Assembly: GCA_028710985.1 (NCBI GenBank)
Contig: JAQTTB010000002.1
Location: 6,888 to 70,887 of the forward strand
Source of the DNA: Patescibacteria group bacterium
GTDB lineage: Bacteria; Patescibacteriota; Patescibacteriia; JAHJFT01
DNA: 64,000 bases
Direction: 5' to 3'
Shown: positions 9,037 to 17,825 of the stretch, piece by piece
How positions within the stretch are numbered: the first letter of the stretch is position 1
Layout of the letters: every line of letters begins with the position of its first letter
Notes under the pieces: model-generated
Databases searched by the model: none
Seen by the model: only the letters and a program-made list of their open reading frames with translations
What the model was told of the DNA's origin: nothing
Position numbers and translations under genes: made by a program

Positions 9037-9378
9037 ATGATATATATAATCTGGTTAGTCTTACTTAGCCTCTTTGTTTTTTCTTTCCTTGTTCCCAAAT
9101 TTCCTATCTGGATTCCTGTTTTAGCCTATTTATTGGTAGTTGGCGTGAGAGTTAAAGAAAAATATGGGAATTACTTAGATTGGATTGAAAAAAACCACCG
9201 CGATGAAGAGCGAGCGATTGATGCAAATTTGCATGATTTCGAAATTAAAGGGTTGGCCACAAGCGGAATGCGACTAAAGCAGGAAAATCATATTAAAAAA
9301 GACTTCGAGTATGAACGAAAAAAACAAAAAAGACAAAGAGACACAGAGCTAATCGATTGCTTATTCATAAAAAAGTAA
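9037..9378 (+). CDS. hypothetical small membrane protein (cassette-encoded)
   Basis: 113 aa with a hydrophobic N-terminus and a K/E-rich tail. Confidence 0.5.
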   Translation: MIYIIWLVLLSLFVFSFLVPKFPIWIPVLAYLLVVGVRVKEKYGNYLDWIEKNHRDEERAIDANLHDFEIKGLATSGMRLKQENHIKKDFEYERKKQKRQRDTELIDCLFIKK

Positions 9379-9390
9379 TTTTTGTTACAT

Positions 9391-9824
9391 CGCCTAACAC
9401 GGCATATCTGACTTCGCTTAAAAAACAGATAATTTTATTTACTAATATGCTACAATTATGTACGTACCCGCATGGATTTTCTTCGTCATTATGATAGCTA
9501 TGGCAGCTGCAACTATAGTAATTGATGATCACATAAAAAAGCAGAATAACAAACTAGAAGATCGAATTGATGATATCGAAAAAAGAATTAATGGTATTGA
9601 GGATTTTGTTGGTTTAGACGAAACGGCCCTAAAAGTACATAAGGAGTTGAAGATGGAGCAAGAGATGGATGAAATAACAAGGAATTCTTTTAATAAACAA
9701 GCTGGAAGGAATGTAAAATGAACATAGGATTATCTATTTTTTTAGCTCCGCCCATATTCCGCGCACACATTTTAATTAATAAATTGGGAGTGCGCGAAAC
9801 ATCGGATATGCCGAAACGTTATGT
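9391..9824 (+). repeat. attC-like site 5, enlarged to about 430 bp (R'' CGCCTAAC, L'' CGGCATATC at 9391-9411; L' GATATGCCG, R' GTTATGTG at 9804-9825)
   Basis: R'' is the exact reverse complement of GTTAGGCG at 9009. L''/L' match 9/9 although they lie 390 bp apart. The conserved centre (AGCTCCGCCCATATTCC plus a CGCGCAC..GTGCGCG hairpin) sits in the 3' half. Confidence 0.5.
9458..9721 (+). CDS. hypothetical 87-aa TM/coiled-coil protein carried on an insertion inside attC 5
   Basis: ORF lies between imperfect inverted repeats TAAAAAACAGATAAT (9419-9433) and ATTATCTATTTTTTTA (9729-9744). Confidence 0.4.
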   Translation: MYVPAWIFFVIMIAMAAATIVIDDHIKKQNNKLEDRIDDIEKRINGIEDFVGLDETALKVHKELKMEQEMDEITRNSFNKQAGRNVK

Positions 9825-9855
9825 GAAGTAATAATAATTCACTATTGCCCTTAAA

Positions 9856-10245
9856 ATGGAAAAAAAGATTAACAAATTCATCTATTGGACGCCGAGAATA
9901 TTATCAATAATGTTCATTTTATTCTTGATGCTGTTTTCTTTGGACATCTTTGACATGGATTTGAATTTTTGTGAAACTCTCGTTGGTCTGTTTATGCATA
10001 ATATCCCCGCATTATTCCTGTTGATCATTTTAATAATTTCCTGGAAATATGAAATTGTCGGAGGAATCGCCTTTATTCTCGCGGGGCTACTCTATATCCT
10101 GTTGCTGGCAATGAATCCCGTATTTGGATGGTATATGCTGTCATGGCCGGTAACAATTTCCGGTCCGGCATTTTTAATAGGAACATTATTTTTGGTTGGC
10201 TGGTTTTTAAAAAGAAAATCCAATAAAAATATTACTAAAATTTAA
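9856..10245 (+). CDS. hypothetical polytopic membrane protein (last cassette-like gene)
   Basis: 129 aa with 4 predicted TM helices; follows R' GTTATGTG at 9818. Confidence 0.5.
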   Translation: MEKKINKFIYWTPRILSIMFILFLMLFSLDIFDMDLNFCETLVGLFMHNIPALFLLIILIISWKYEIVGGIAFILAGLLYILLLAMNPVFGWYMLSWPVTISGPAFLIGTLFLVGWFLKRKSNKNITKI

Positions 10246-10256
10246 CTAAAAAAATT

Positions 10257-10736
10257 ATGAAAAAAACATTTTTTATGTTTGCCGCATGCCTGGGATTTAT
10301 CATAATTTTATCCGGCTGCCAAACTTATTCTCCGGATATATCAACCGAATCACCCGGCATAGAAGACGCCCTTCAGCCGGTCGGCCTGGCAAATCCGGCA
10401 TCGGAAAATTGCGTACAAAAAGGCGGCACCTTGGAAATGCGAACGAACAAAAACGGCGAATACGGAGTTTGCCTTTTTGAAGACAACCGCCAATGCGAAG
10501 AATGGGCGCTTTTCCGCGGCAATTGTCCGGTTGGCGGTTTAAAAATCACGGGCTATGACAACGACGCCGAGATATATTGCGCCATCACCGGCGGACAGGT
10601 TGAAGGCGTGGGAACCGAAACTCCGATGTGCAAAAGAATCGACGGTACATATTGCAACGCCCAATCCAACCTGGATGGCGAATGCCCGGACCCGAATGAT
10701 CCGAATCCCAACGCCGGAAATGTGGAAGCGCCGTAA
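10257..10736 (+). CDS. DUF333-type lipoprotein (two Cys-rich repeats)
   Basis: Lipobox ILSGC. Duplicated 'NC...GG...C' modules (ENCVQKGGTLE...; EIYCAITGGQVE...). Confidence 0.55.
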   Translation: MKKTFFMFAACLGFIIILSGCQTYSPDISTESPGIEDALQPVGLANPASENCVQKGGTLEMRTNKNGEYGVCLFEDNRQCEEWALFRGNCPVGGLKITGYDNDAEIYCAITGGQVEGVGTETPMCKRIDGTYCNAQSNLDGECPDPNDPNPNAGNVEAP

Positions 10737-10746
10737 AAAGATATAA

Positions 10747-11202
10747 ATGAAAAAACCAAAACTGATAAGAATTGATCTGGACAAGCCGATTACCCGGCTT
10801 GTGGGCAAGAGTGATCACAAAACACTGGGAATCTGGGCGGCTGACTGCGCCGAGCGGGTATTGCACTATTTTGAAGAAAAATATCCAAAAGATAATCGTC
10901 CCCAAAAAGCAATCAAGGCGCTCCGAACGTGGGTTAAGACCGGGGTGTTTAAAATGGCGGATATACGCGGATATTCGCTTGCGGCTCACGCGGCCGCCCG
11001 CGAAGTGAAGGAAGATGACGACGCGGCCCGGTCCGCCGCCCGCGCCGCCGGCCAGGCGGTGGCGACCGCGCATGTTCAGACTCACGCGATCGGCGCCGCA
11101 ATCTATGCCGCCACCGCGGTCCGCGACGCGACCGGCTCAATTGATGCCGCGGCCAAGGAACGCGACTGGCAATACCGCCGCCTGCTCAAAATGATAAAAT
11201 AA
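10747..11202 (+). CDS. hypothetical Ala-rich protein, possibly an immunity-protein-like family
   Basis: 'WAADCAERVL' motif and an Ala-rich helical C-terminal half. Confidence 0.45.
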   Translation: MKKPKLIRIDLDKPITRLVGKSDHKTLGIWAADCAERVLHYFEEKYPKDNRPQKAIKALRTWVKTGVFKMADIRGYSLAAHAAAREVKEDDDAARSAARAAGQAVATAHVQTHAIGAAIYAATAVRDATGSIDAAAKERDWQYRRLLKMIK

Positions 11203-11206
11203 ATTT

Positions 11207-11692
11207 ATGGAATTTCTTGACATCGTTGACCAAAACGACAATGTCATCGGCACGGCTTCCCGGAACGAAGTCTACGAAAAATCGCTGTGCCACCGCATCG
11301 CGCATGTTTTAATATTCAACGAAGAAGGAAAAATTGTTTTACAAAAAAGAAGCGATAAAGTATGCTTTTGCCCGGGCCACTGGTCAACCGCGGTCGGCGG
11401 TCATGTGCAAACCGGCGAAACCTATGAGCAAGCCGCTCTGCGCGAATATCAGGAAGAACTAGGGGCGAAAAGCATACTGGAGTTTGTCGGGAAAGACTTA
11501 TATAATGTTCCCCATACTCCCAATAAATTTCTAACCACCTTCAGAACACAGTTCAATGGTCCATTCGATCCGGACGCTGAAGAGGTTTCCGAAGTCGGAA
11601 TGTTCGATATCCAGGAAATACAAACAATGCTCGAGCGCGGAGAAAAATTTCACCCTGAATTAATATTTATTCTAAAAAAGTATTATCTATGA
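11207..11692 (+). CDS. NUDIX hydrolase
   Basis: Nudix box GGHVQTGETYEQAALREYQEELG. Confidence 0.8.
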   Translation: MEFLDIVDQNDNVIGTASRNEVYEKSLCHRIAHVLIFNEEGKIVLQKRSDKVCFCPGHWSTAVGGHVQTGETYEQAALREYQEELGAKSILEFVGKDLYNVPHTPNKFLTTFRTQFNGPFDPDAEEVSEVGMFDIQEIQTMLERGEKFHPELIFILKKYYL

Positions 11693-12357
11693 AAATACCA
11701 AAAAAGGCAGTAACTATTTCATTAATAATCATCGCGACTATTTTCGCGGTCTTCTTCGTGAGATTTTTCCTCGGCGGGCCGGAAGACAGCTGGATTTGCG
11801 TTAACGGCGAATGGGTTCAGCATGGAGCGCCGAGCATGCCCATGCCGGACGAACCGTGCACTCCTGTCAAAAATACCGCCACTGTAACAATCTCGGACGT
11901 CACGCTCTATCGCGGAACATGGTTTGATATTGAATATCCCAACGGCTTTACTCCAAGCCCGACAACTCCGACCGAAATCCGCGAAGGCGCAACGTACGTA
12001 CAGACCGACGAAGCGCGCTTTGTTTCTCCGGACGGAACGATTGAATTTTTTGTCTTTTCACCGCTGTGGGGCGGAGATCCGGCCGATTATCTGACCATCG
12101 GCCCGGCGGAAGAATTGGTTGATGAAGAAACCCAGGAAAGCGGAGCCGGCGTTGACAGTAAAATCACGCGATGGGTCACCGTAAGGGCAACCGACGGCTC
12201 ATACTACCGTTCATTCGTATCAATCAAAAGCCAGGTGGGAACCGGGAGCGATTTGCATCATGTATTCGGCATAAAATACCGCGACAATGAAACATACGAA
12301 TTGTACCGGGATGCTTATGTTGATTTCAAAAATTCTTTAAATCAGTACTCTGATTAA
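11689..12357 (+). CDS. hypothetical membrane-anchored/secreted protein
   Basis: N-terminal TM segment; 222 aa; start overlaps the upstream gene by 4 bp. Confidence 0.5.
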   Translation: MKIPKKAVTISLIIIATIFAVFFVRFFLGGPEDSWICVNGEWVQHGAPSMPMPDEPCTPVKNTATVTISDVTLYRGTWFDIEYPNGFTPSPTTPTEIREGATYVQTDEARFVSPDGTIEFFVFSPLWGGDPADYLTIGPAEELVDEETQESGAGVDSKITRWVTVRATDGSYYRSFVSIKSQVGTGSDLHHVFGIKYRDNETYELYRDAYVDFKNSLNQYSD

Positions 12358-12360
12358 AAT

Positions 12361-13296
12361 ATGAAAAATATTATTGTCACCGGCGCCACCGGACAAATCG
12401 GTTCCGAGCTGGTCATTGAATTAAGAAAAAAGTACGGCGAGCGGCAGGTCGTGGCCGTCGGCCATTCCAAGCCCATGTCCGGAGAATTAGCCAACGGTCC
12501 TTTTGAAACCGTTGATGTCACCGATAAAGCCGCGCTGGAAGAACTGGTGAACAAATACCAGCCGGACGCGATTTTCCACCTGGTCGGAATATTATCCGCC
12601 ACCGGCGAAAAAAATCCCGAACTGGCCTGGAATATCAACATGGGCGGCCTAAAAAATGTTCTGGACATCGCGCGCGACCGCCATATAGAAAAAGTTTTCT
12701 GGCCGAGCTCAATCGCGGCGTTCGGACCGACCACGCCCCGCGACAACACGCCGCAGCATACGGTTCTGGAACCCACTACCATGTACGGCGTGACCAAGGT
12801 CGCCGGAGAGCTTTTATGCCAGTATTATTGGAAAAAGTACGGACTGGACGTCCGGAGCTTGCGCTATCCGGGTTTAATCAGCTATAAAACACCCCCTGGG
12901 GGCGGCACGACCGATTACGCCGTGGCGATCTATTTTGAAGCCATAAAAAACAAGAAATATGAATGCTTTGTCGGGCCGGATACCGTTCTGCCCATGATGT
13001 ATATGCCCGACGCGGTCCGCGCCACTATTGAGCTCATGGAAGCGCCGGCCGAAAATATTAAAGTCCGAACCAGCTATAATTTGACGGCCATGAGTTTTTC
13101 CGCCGAAGAACTTGCCCGGTCGGTTAGCGATTCAATAAAAGACTTCACCTGCACTTATCATCCCGACGAGCGGCAGAAAATCGCGGATTCGTGGCCGCGG
13201 TCAATTGACGACCGCGCGGCCCGGGCGGACTGGGGCTGGAATCATATCTTTGATCTGAAAAAAATGAGCGAAGATATGTTAAAAAATATTCAATAA
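12361..13296 (+). CDS. NAD-dependent epimerase/dehydratase family protein (L-threonine 3-dehydrogenase-like)
   Basis: GATGQIGSEL Rossmann motif, YGVTKVAGE catalytic YxxxK, 311 aa. Confidence 0.7.
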   Translation: MKNIIVTGATGQIGSELVIELRKKYGERQVVAVGHSKPMSGELANGPFETVDVTDKAALEELVNKYQPDAIFHLVGILSATGEKNPELAWNINMGGLKNVLDIARDRHIEKVFWPSSIAAFGPTTPRDNTPQHTVLEPTTMYGVTKVAGELLCQYYWKKYGLDVRSLRYPGLISYKTPPGGGTTDYAVAIYFEAIKNKKYECFVGPDTVLPMMYMPDAVRATIELMEAPAENIKVRTSYNLTAMSFSAEELARSVSDSIKDFTCTYHPDERQKIADSWPRSIDDRAARADWGWNHIFDLKKMSEDMLKNIQ

Positions 13297-13298
13297 TC

Positions 13299-14123
13299 AT
13301 GCAGCTAATTGACGGCAAATCATTGGCCAAACAAATTCGCGGGCAGGTTCGCGCGCGGATTTCGGAAAGCGGTATTGCGCCCGGGCTCGCCATAATTCTG
13401 ATCGGCGATAATCCGGCCAGCGCGCTTTATGTTTCTCTCAAAGAAAAAGCCTGCCTTGAAGTCGGCGTCCGTTTCGAAAAATTTATTTACTCGGGGACTG
13501 AATCATCCGAAGAAATCATCGCCAAAATCCGTGAACTTAATGCCCGGCCCGATATCCACGGCATTCTTGTCCAGCTTCCCCTGCCCCCGGCCTACACGAG
13601 CGATGACATCGTGCAGTCCATCGATCCGGCAAAAGACATCGACGGCTTTCATACGGAAAATATTGACGCCCTGGTCCAGGGCAAGCCGCGCATTATTCCG
13701 CCCATTCACCAGGGCATCGTGCGCCTGATTGAATCGACCGGCATTGAGACAACCGGAAAAAAAGCCGCGATTTTTGCGAACAGCGCGGTCTTTGCCCTCC
13801 CGCTCCGCAAACTCCTGGAAGATAAAAAAATCAGCGTCACCGTCGCCCTTCCTCCACTTGAAAACACCGAAATAATTGCCAACGAATCGGATATAATTAT
13901 CGTCGCCGTCGGACGGCCGAAATTTATCAGCTGCGCCGATATCAAAGATAACGCCGTTATTATTGACTGCGGCACCAACAAAATTGACGAAAAATTGTTC
14001 GGCGACGTTGATTCCGAAACCTGCGCGCAAAAAAACGGGTTTATCACACCCGTTCCCGGCGGCGTCGGTCCCATGACCATCGCCATGCTCCTCAATAACC
14101 TTTACGAATTAGCGCGGAAGTAA
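13299..14123 (+). CDS. folD: bifunctional methylenetetrahydrofolate dehydrogenase/cyclohydrolase
   Basis: N-terminal MQLIDGKSLAKQIR; VQLPLP motif; 274 aa. Confidence 0.9.
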   Translation: MQLIDGKSLAKQIRGQVRARISESGIAPGLAIILIGDNPASALYVSLKEKACLEVGVRFEKFIYSGTESSEEIIAKIRELNARPDIHGILVQLPLPPAYTSDDIVQSIDPAKDIDGFHTENIDALVQGKPRIIPPIHQGIVRLIESTGIETTGKKAAIFANSAVFALPLRKLLEDKKISVTVALPPLENTEIIANESDIIIVAVGRPKFISCADIKDNAVIIDCGTNKIDEKLFGDVDSETCAQKNGFITPVPGGVGPMTIAMLLNNLYELARK

Positions 14124-15245
14124 TTCATACACAATACCAAGCGCGTACAATATTATAACCGCGACCGGAATCACCATCGGCCACTTCATCACCGCGTGAA
14201 GCGGCTTTTTGTTTTTTCTCAGCCTTAGATACATGAGCACAATTAGAATACCGTTGATACCGCCGAAAATCGCGCCCGTAAATCCGATGATGCTGATAAA
14301 ATTATTCGCGCCGGCTAAAAAAACTATCAGTGGCACGATACTGACCGTAAACCAAGCCAGATATTTATTCATCTTTAAATCAAATGTCAGTGATTCCTTG
14401 AAGTTAACCATCACCACCATCACGCTGGTCGCGATGGCTAAAAACCCGAATATAGCGCCCACGTATTTGATCCAATCGCCCCATTGTCCGGCCAATCCGA
14501 GTATGGCATCCGGCGAGGTTGCGTCGCCGGTAACGCCAACGACCACCATGGTAAACGCCATAACAAGAATCAACGGAATCAGAGTTGAGATAACAATAAC
14601 TAGTCTTAAATTCCCAACATGGCCCTTGAGCACGTCACGAATTTCTGGAATCGCGTCCAGCCCGCTCAGGGCAAAAAGAATCACACCATATGGCAGAAAA
14701 AAATAAATCGGATTAAACGTCGATAAATTAATTAGATCAATATGCGGCGCGCCGTATCCCAAAATAATGGCCATAACCGCGACGAGCAGGGCGGTCATAA
14801 AAATTTCAACCGCTGAAACCAGCCTTAGCCCGTAAAATGTCGCCAGAGCGATCAGCGCGAAAAAAACTATTTGATACTGAAAGACCGTTCCGCCGAATAA
14901 TCCGCCAAAAATCGCGTGCATAAACGAGCCGCCGATGATAATATAAGCAACCAACGAACCGACCATGCCGAGAATCACGGAAAAATATGCCGCCCGCTTG
15001 CCCCAACGGCCCAAATATACAGAAGCCGCACCAATAAGACGATGTTTCTCGCGTAAATTTACCACCACGTCCGCGTAGAACAGGTGCGTAGCCAAAAGAC
15101 CGGCGCCAATCACGGTAAGATAAGCAATTCCGATGCCAAACCCGACCCTTGACACCACATAGGGCACACCAAAAATACCGGCGCCGATAATCAGACCGAA
15201 CATGGTTGAAATCGCTTTGATAATTGATTTTTGCCCCTCTTTCAT
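14109..15245 (-). CDS. amino-acid permease (HAAAP/APC-type, 11-12 TM)
   Basis: Polytopic membrane protein. Start trimmed to the internal ATG (MKEGQKS...) so that it does not overlap dnaB. Confidence 0.65.
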   Translation of the reverse strand: MKEGQKSIIKAISTMFGLIIGAGIFGVPYVVSRVGFGIGIAYLTVIGAGLLATHLFYADVVVNLREKHRLIGAASVYLGRWGKRAAYFSVILGMVGSLVAYIIIGGSFMHAIFGGLFGGTVFQYQIVFFALIALATFYGLRLVSAVEIFMTALLVAVMAIILGYGAPHIDLINLSTFNPIYFFLPYGVILFALSGLDAIPEIRDVLKGHVGNLRLVIVISTLIPLILVMAFTMVVVGVTGDATSPDAILGLAGQWGDWIKYVGAIFGFLAIATSVMVVMVNFKESLTFDLKMNKYLAWFTVSIVPLIVFLAGANNFISIIGFTGAIFGGINGILIVLMYLRLRKNKKPLHAVMKWPMVIPVAVIILYALGIVYELLPR

Positions 15246-15351
15246 AGTCGTAATTATACCACTTGAACCTGTATATAAAAAGTTAATAATTAACATCAAA
15301 ATCCCCTTGCCAAATATGTCCGGCTTAAGGTAATATGAGTAGACAAAACAT

Positions 15352-16818
15352 ATGACAGAGAAAAATATTTTAGACAAGATTCCGCCTCAAAACCTCGAAG
15401 CTGAAATCTCGCTTCTCGGGGCACTTCTTTTGGATAAAGACGCCATGATCCGCATTGCCGATCTTATCCGATCCGATGATTTTTATAAAGACGCCCACGC
15501 GAAAATATTTGACGCAATGTTACATCTCTATTCCAAGCGCGATCCAATTGATATTTTGAGTCTGGTAAACCGGCTTTCCGAGACCAATTTGCTTGAATCT
15601 ATCGGCGGACGGACCTACCTCATGGAACTTGCCAACGCCGTCCCCAGCTCTTCCCATGTCCTGCATTACGCCCAAATAATTCAGAAAAAGGCCACCCTGC
15701 GGCGCCTGATTACTGCGGCCTCGGACATTGTTTCCCTTGGCTTTGAAGAAGCCGAGGATGTCGAGATGCTTCTCGACCGGGCCGAACAAAAGCTGTTCGG
15801 TGTTTCTCAAAAATATCTCCGACAGGCATTCGTTCCAATCAAGGATGTGCTCACCGAAGCGTTTGAACGCATTGACGAACTGCACCGGGAAAAAGGAAAA
15901 CTCCGCGGTATCCCTACCGGCTTTCATGAATTGGATGATTTGCTCGCCGGCCTGCAGAAATCTGACCTGGTTGTGCTGGCCGCCCGCCCGAGCGTTGGCA
16001 AAACCAGCTTGGCTCTTGATATCGCGCGCCATGTTGCCTGCAGATCAAAAATCCCGACCGGCATCTTCAGCCTTGAAATGTCAAAAGAACAATTAGTTGA
16101 TCGGCTCATCTGTGCCGAAGCCGGCGTGGACCTCTGGAAAATGCGCACCGGCCGCCTCTCCGACCGCGACGGCCAGGATGATTTTCCGCGCATCGGACAT
16201 GCCCTGGGCGTGCTCTCCGAAGCCCCGATCTTTATTGATGACACCGCCATGGCCAACATCATGGAAATCCGCACCAAGGCCCGCCGCCTGCAAATTGAAC
16301 ACAATCTCGGCCTGATCATCATTGATTATCTCCAGCTCATGGAATCAAGGCTGACCAACGAAAACCGCGTGCAGGAAGTCGCAGAAATCACCCGCGCGCT
16401 AAAAGGCATTGCACGCGAACTCAATGTTCCGGTCATCGCGATCTCCCAACTGTCTCGCGCCGTGGAAATGAGCAAACCCGCAATCCCCAAACTCTCTCAC
16501 TTGCGCGAATCCGGTTCAATTGAACAGGATGCTGACGTAGTCATGTTTATTTACCGCAAGGCCGCGGATAAAAACTACCGTCTTGAAGATATCGCCCCCG
16601 AAGAGCGCCATCTCGCCGAAATCCACATTGCCAAGCACCGCAACGGCCCGACTGGTCTGATTCGGCTTTTCTTTGACGAAACGCGCGCCAGCTTCCGCAC
16701 TCTTGAGCGCCGTCCGGCAATTGCCCAGCCGCCAGTTCAACCAGTAACCGCGCCGGCCGCACCGCTCCAACCGGCTCAAGCGGTTCAACCGCCTTCAGCT
16801 CCGGAAATTCCATTTTAA
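15352..16818 (+). CDS. dnaB: replicative DNA helicase
   Basis: DnaB N-terminal domain, Walker A ARPSVGKTS, 488 aa. Confidence 0.95.
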   Translation: MTEKNILDKIPPQNLEAEISLLGALLLDKDAMIRIADLIRSDDFYKDAHAKIFDAMLHLYSKRDPIDILSLVNRLSETNLLESIGGRTYLMELANAVPSSSHVLHYAQIIQKKATLRRLITAASDIVSLGFEEAEDVEMLLDRAEQKLFGVSQKYLRQAFVPIKDVLTEAFERIDELHREKGKLRGIPTGFHELDDLLAGLQKSDLVVLAARPSVGKTSLALDIARHVACRSKIPTGIFSLEMSKEQLVDRLICAEAGVDLWKMRTGRLSDRDGQDDFPRIGHALGVLSEAPIFIDDTAMANIMEIRTKARRLQIEHNLGLIIIDYLQLMESRLTNENRVQEVAEITRALKGIARELNVPVIAISQLSRAVEMSKPAIPKLSHLRESGSIEQDADVVMFIYRKAADKNYRLEDIAPEERHLAEIHIAKHRNGPTGLIRLFFDETRASFRTLERRPAIAQPPVQPVTAPAAPLQPAQAVQPPSAPEIPF

Positions 16819-16821
16819 AAT

Positions 16822-17424
16822 ATGAACAACCTACCCGATCCCATGCATAATCTGATTGCCTGGTTCAATCGTTTGCCCGGCGTGGGCCCAAAAACCTCTC
16901 TACGGTTTGTCTACTCCCTGCTCAAACGTCCAAAATCAGATCTGGAGCAGTTTGCCCGCGCACTGACCGACCTGCAGTCGCACATCAAGGTCTGTTCACG
17001 CTGCCAGACGTACACGCTCAAGGATCCGTGCGCTATCTGCGCCAATCCGAACCGCGACACCTCCCTGCTCTGCATTGTTTCCGAACCGCGCGACGTCCAG
17101 GCGATTGAAAATACCGGCGAATACCGCGGCCATTACTTTGTCCTTGGCGGATTGATTAATCCGATTGAGGGCATCACGCCACAGGAGCTGCGTTTTAACG
17201 AACTGGAGCAGCGTCTCGCTAATTCCCCGGCGGTCAAAGAAATTATCCTTGCCTTCAACCCCGACATCCAGGGCGAAACCACCACTCTCCATATTTCAAG
17301 AATACTAAAAAAATACCCTGCTCGGGTTACGCGTCTGGCGCGCGGATTACCGGTCGGCTCAGAGCTTGAATACGCCGACGAAATCACCTTGACTGACGCA
17401 ATCAAAGGCCGGCGAGAAATATAA
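16822..17424 (+). CDS. recR: recombination protein RecR
   Basis: HhH NRLPGVGPKT, C4 zinc finger, Toprim; 200 aa. Confidence 0.95.
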   Translation: MNNLPDPMHNLIAWFNRLPGVGPKTSLRFVYSLLKRPKSDLEQFARALTDLQSHIKVCSRCQTYTLKDPCAICANPNRDTSLLCIVSEPRDVQAIENTGEYRGHYFVLGGLINPIEGITPQELRFNELEQRLANSPAVKEIILAFNPDIQGETTTLHISRILKKYPARVTRLARGLPVGSELEYADEITLTDAIKGRREI

Positions 17425-17455
17425 AAACACCCCGGTACGATCGGGGTGTTTTTTA
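17424..17455. terminator. bidirectional terminator between recR and rplU
   Basis: ACACCCCGGTACGATCGGGGTGT followed by TTTTTT. Confidence 0.55.
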
Positions 17456-17457
17456 AT

Positions 17458-17772
17458 TTATTTGATTGACACGATTTCCAGCTTGGTGTACGGCTGGCGA
17501 TGACCGAATTCTTTTCGGTATCGTATTTTAGGCTTGTATTTGATAACCCGAATTTTGTCCGCCCTTCCCTGCTCCAGAACCTTGGCTTCAACCGACGCGC
17601 CCTTAACCAGCGGATCACCGATTTTTATATCCGCGCCGTTTTCATCGGCAATCAGCAAGACTTCCTTAATTTCAATTGTTTTTCCGGCCTCAACGTCCAA
17701 TTTTTCAACCTTGAGTACGCTTCCGGGCTTGATTTTATATTGTTTTCCACCGGTTTTAATAATCGCAATCAT
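17458..17772 (-). CDS. rplU: 50S ribosomal protein L21
   Basis: MIAIIKTGGKQYKI...; start trimmed to the internal ATG. Confidence 0.9.
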   Translation of the reverse strand: MIAIIKTGGKQYKIKPGSVLKVEKLDVEAGKTIEIKEVLLIADENGADIKIGDPLVKGASVEAKVLEQGRADKIRVIKYKPKIRYRKEFGHRQPYTKLEIVSIK

Positions 17773-17825
17773 ATTCTTGATAATAATTTTTAATGAAAAT
17801 ATTTTATCATAGTCGGCCCATCGCG

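Larger units (their letters stand above)
2368..9825. mobile_element. integron-like platform: intI-like gene, attI-like region and at least 5-6 cassettes delimited by attC-like sites
   Basis: Exact R''/R' box complementarity at cassette boundaries. Pairs: GTTAGCT@3295 / AGCTAAC@6646; GTTAAATCC@7417 / GGATTTAAC@8444; GTTATGTG@8532 / CACATAAC@8938; GTTAGGCG@9009 / CGCCTAAC@9391. attC centres share conserved motifs. The block is AT-rich relative to its flanks. Confidence 0.65.

Noticed and set aside
10236-10245. ATTTAAC at the end of gene 9856..10245 as the R'' box of a final attC
   Set aside because: No matching L''/L'/R' boxes or conserved centre follow; it is probably a chance hit in AT-rich DNA.
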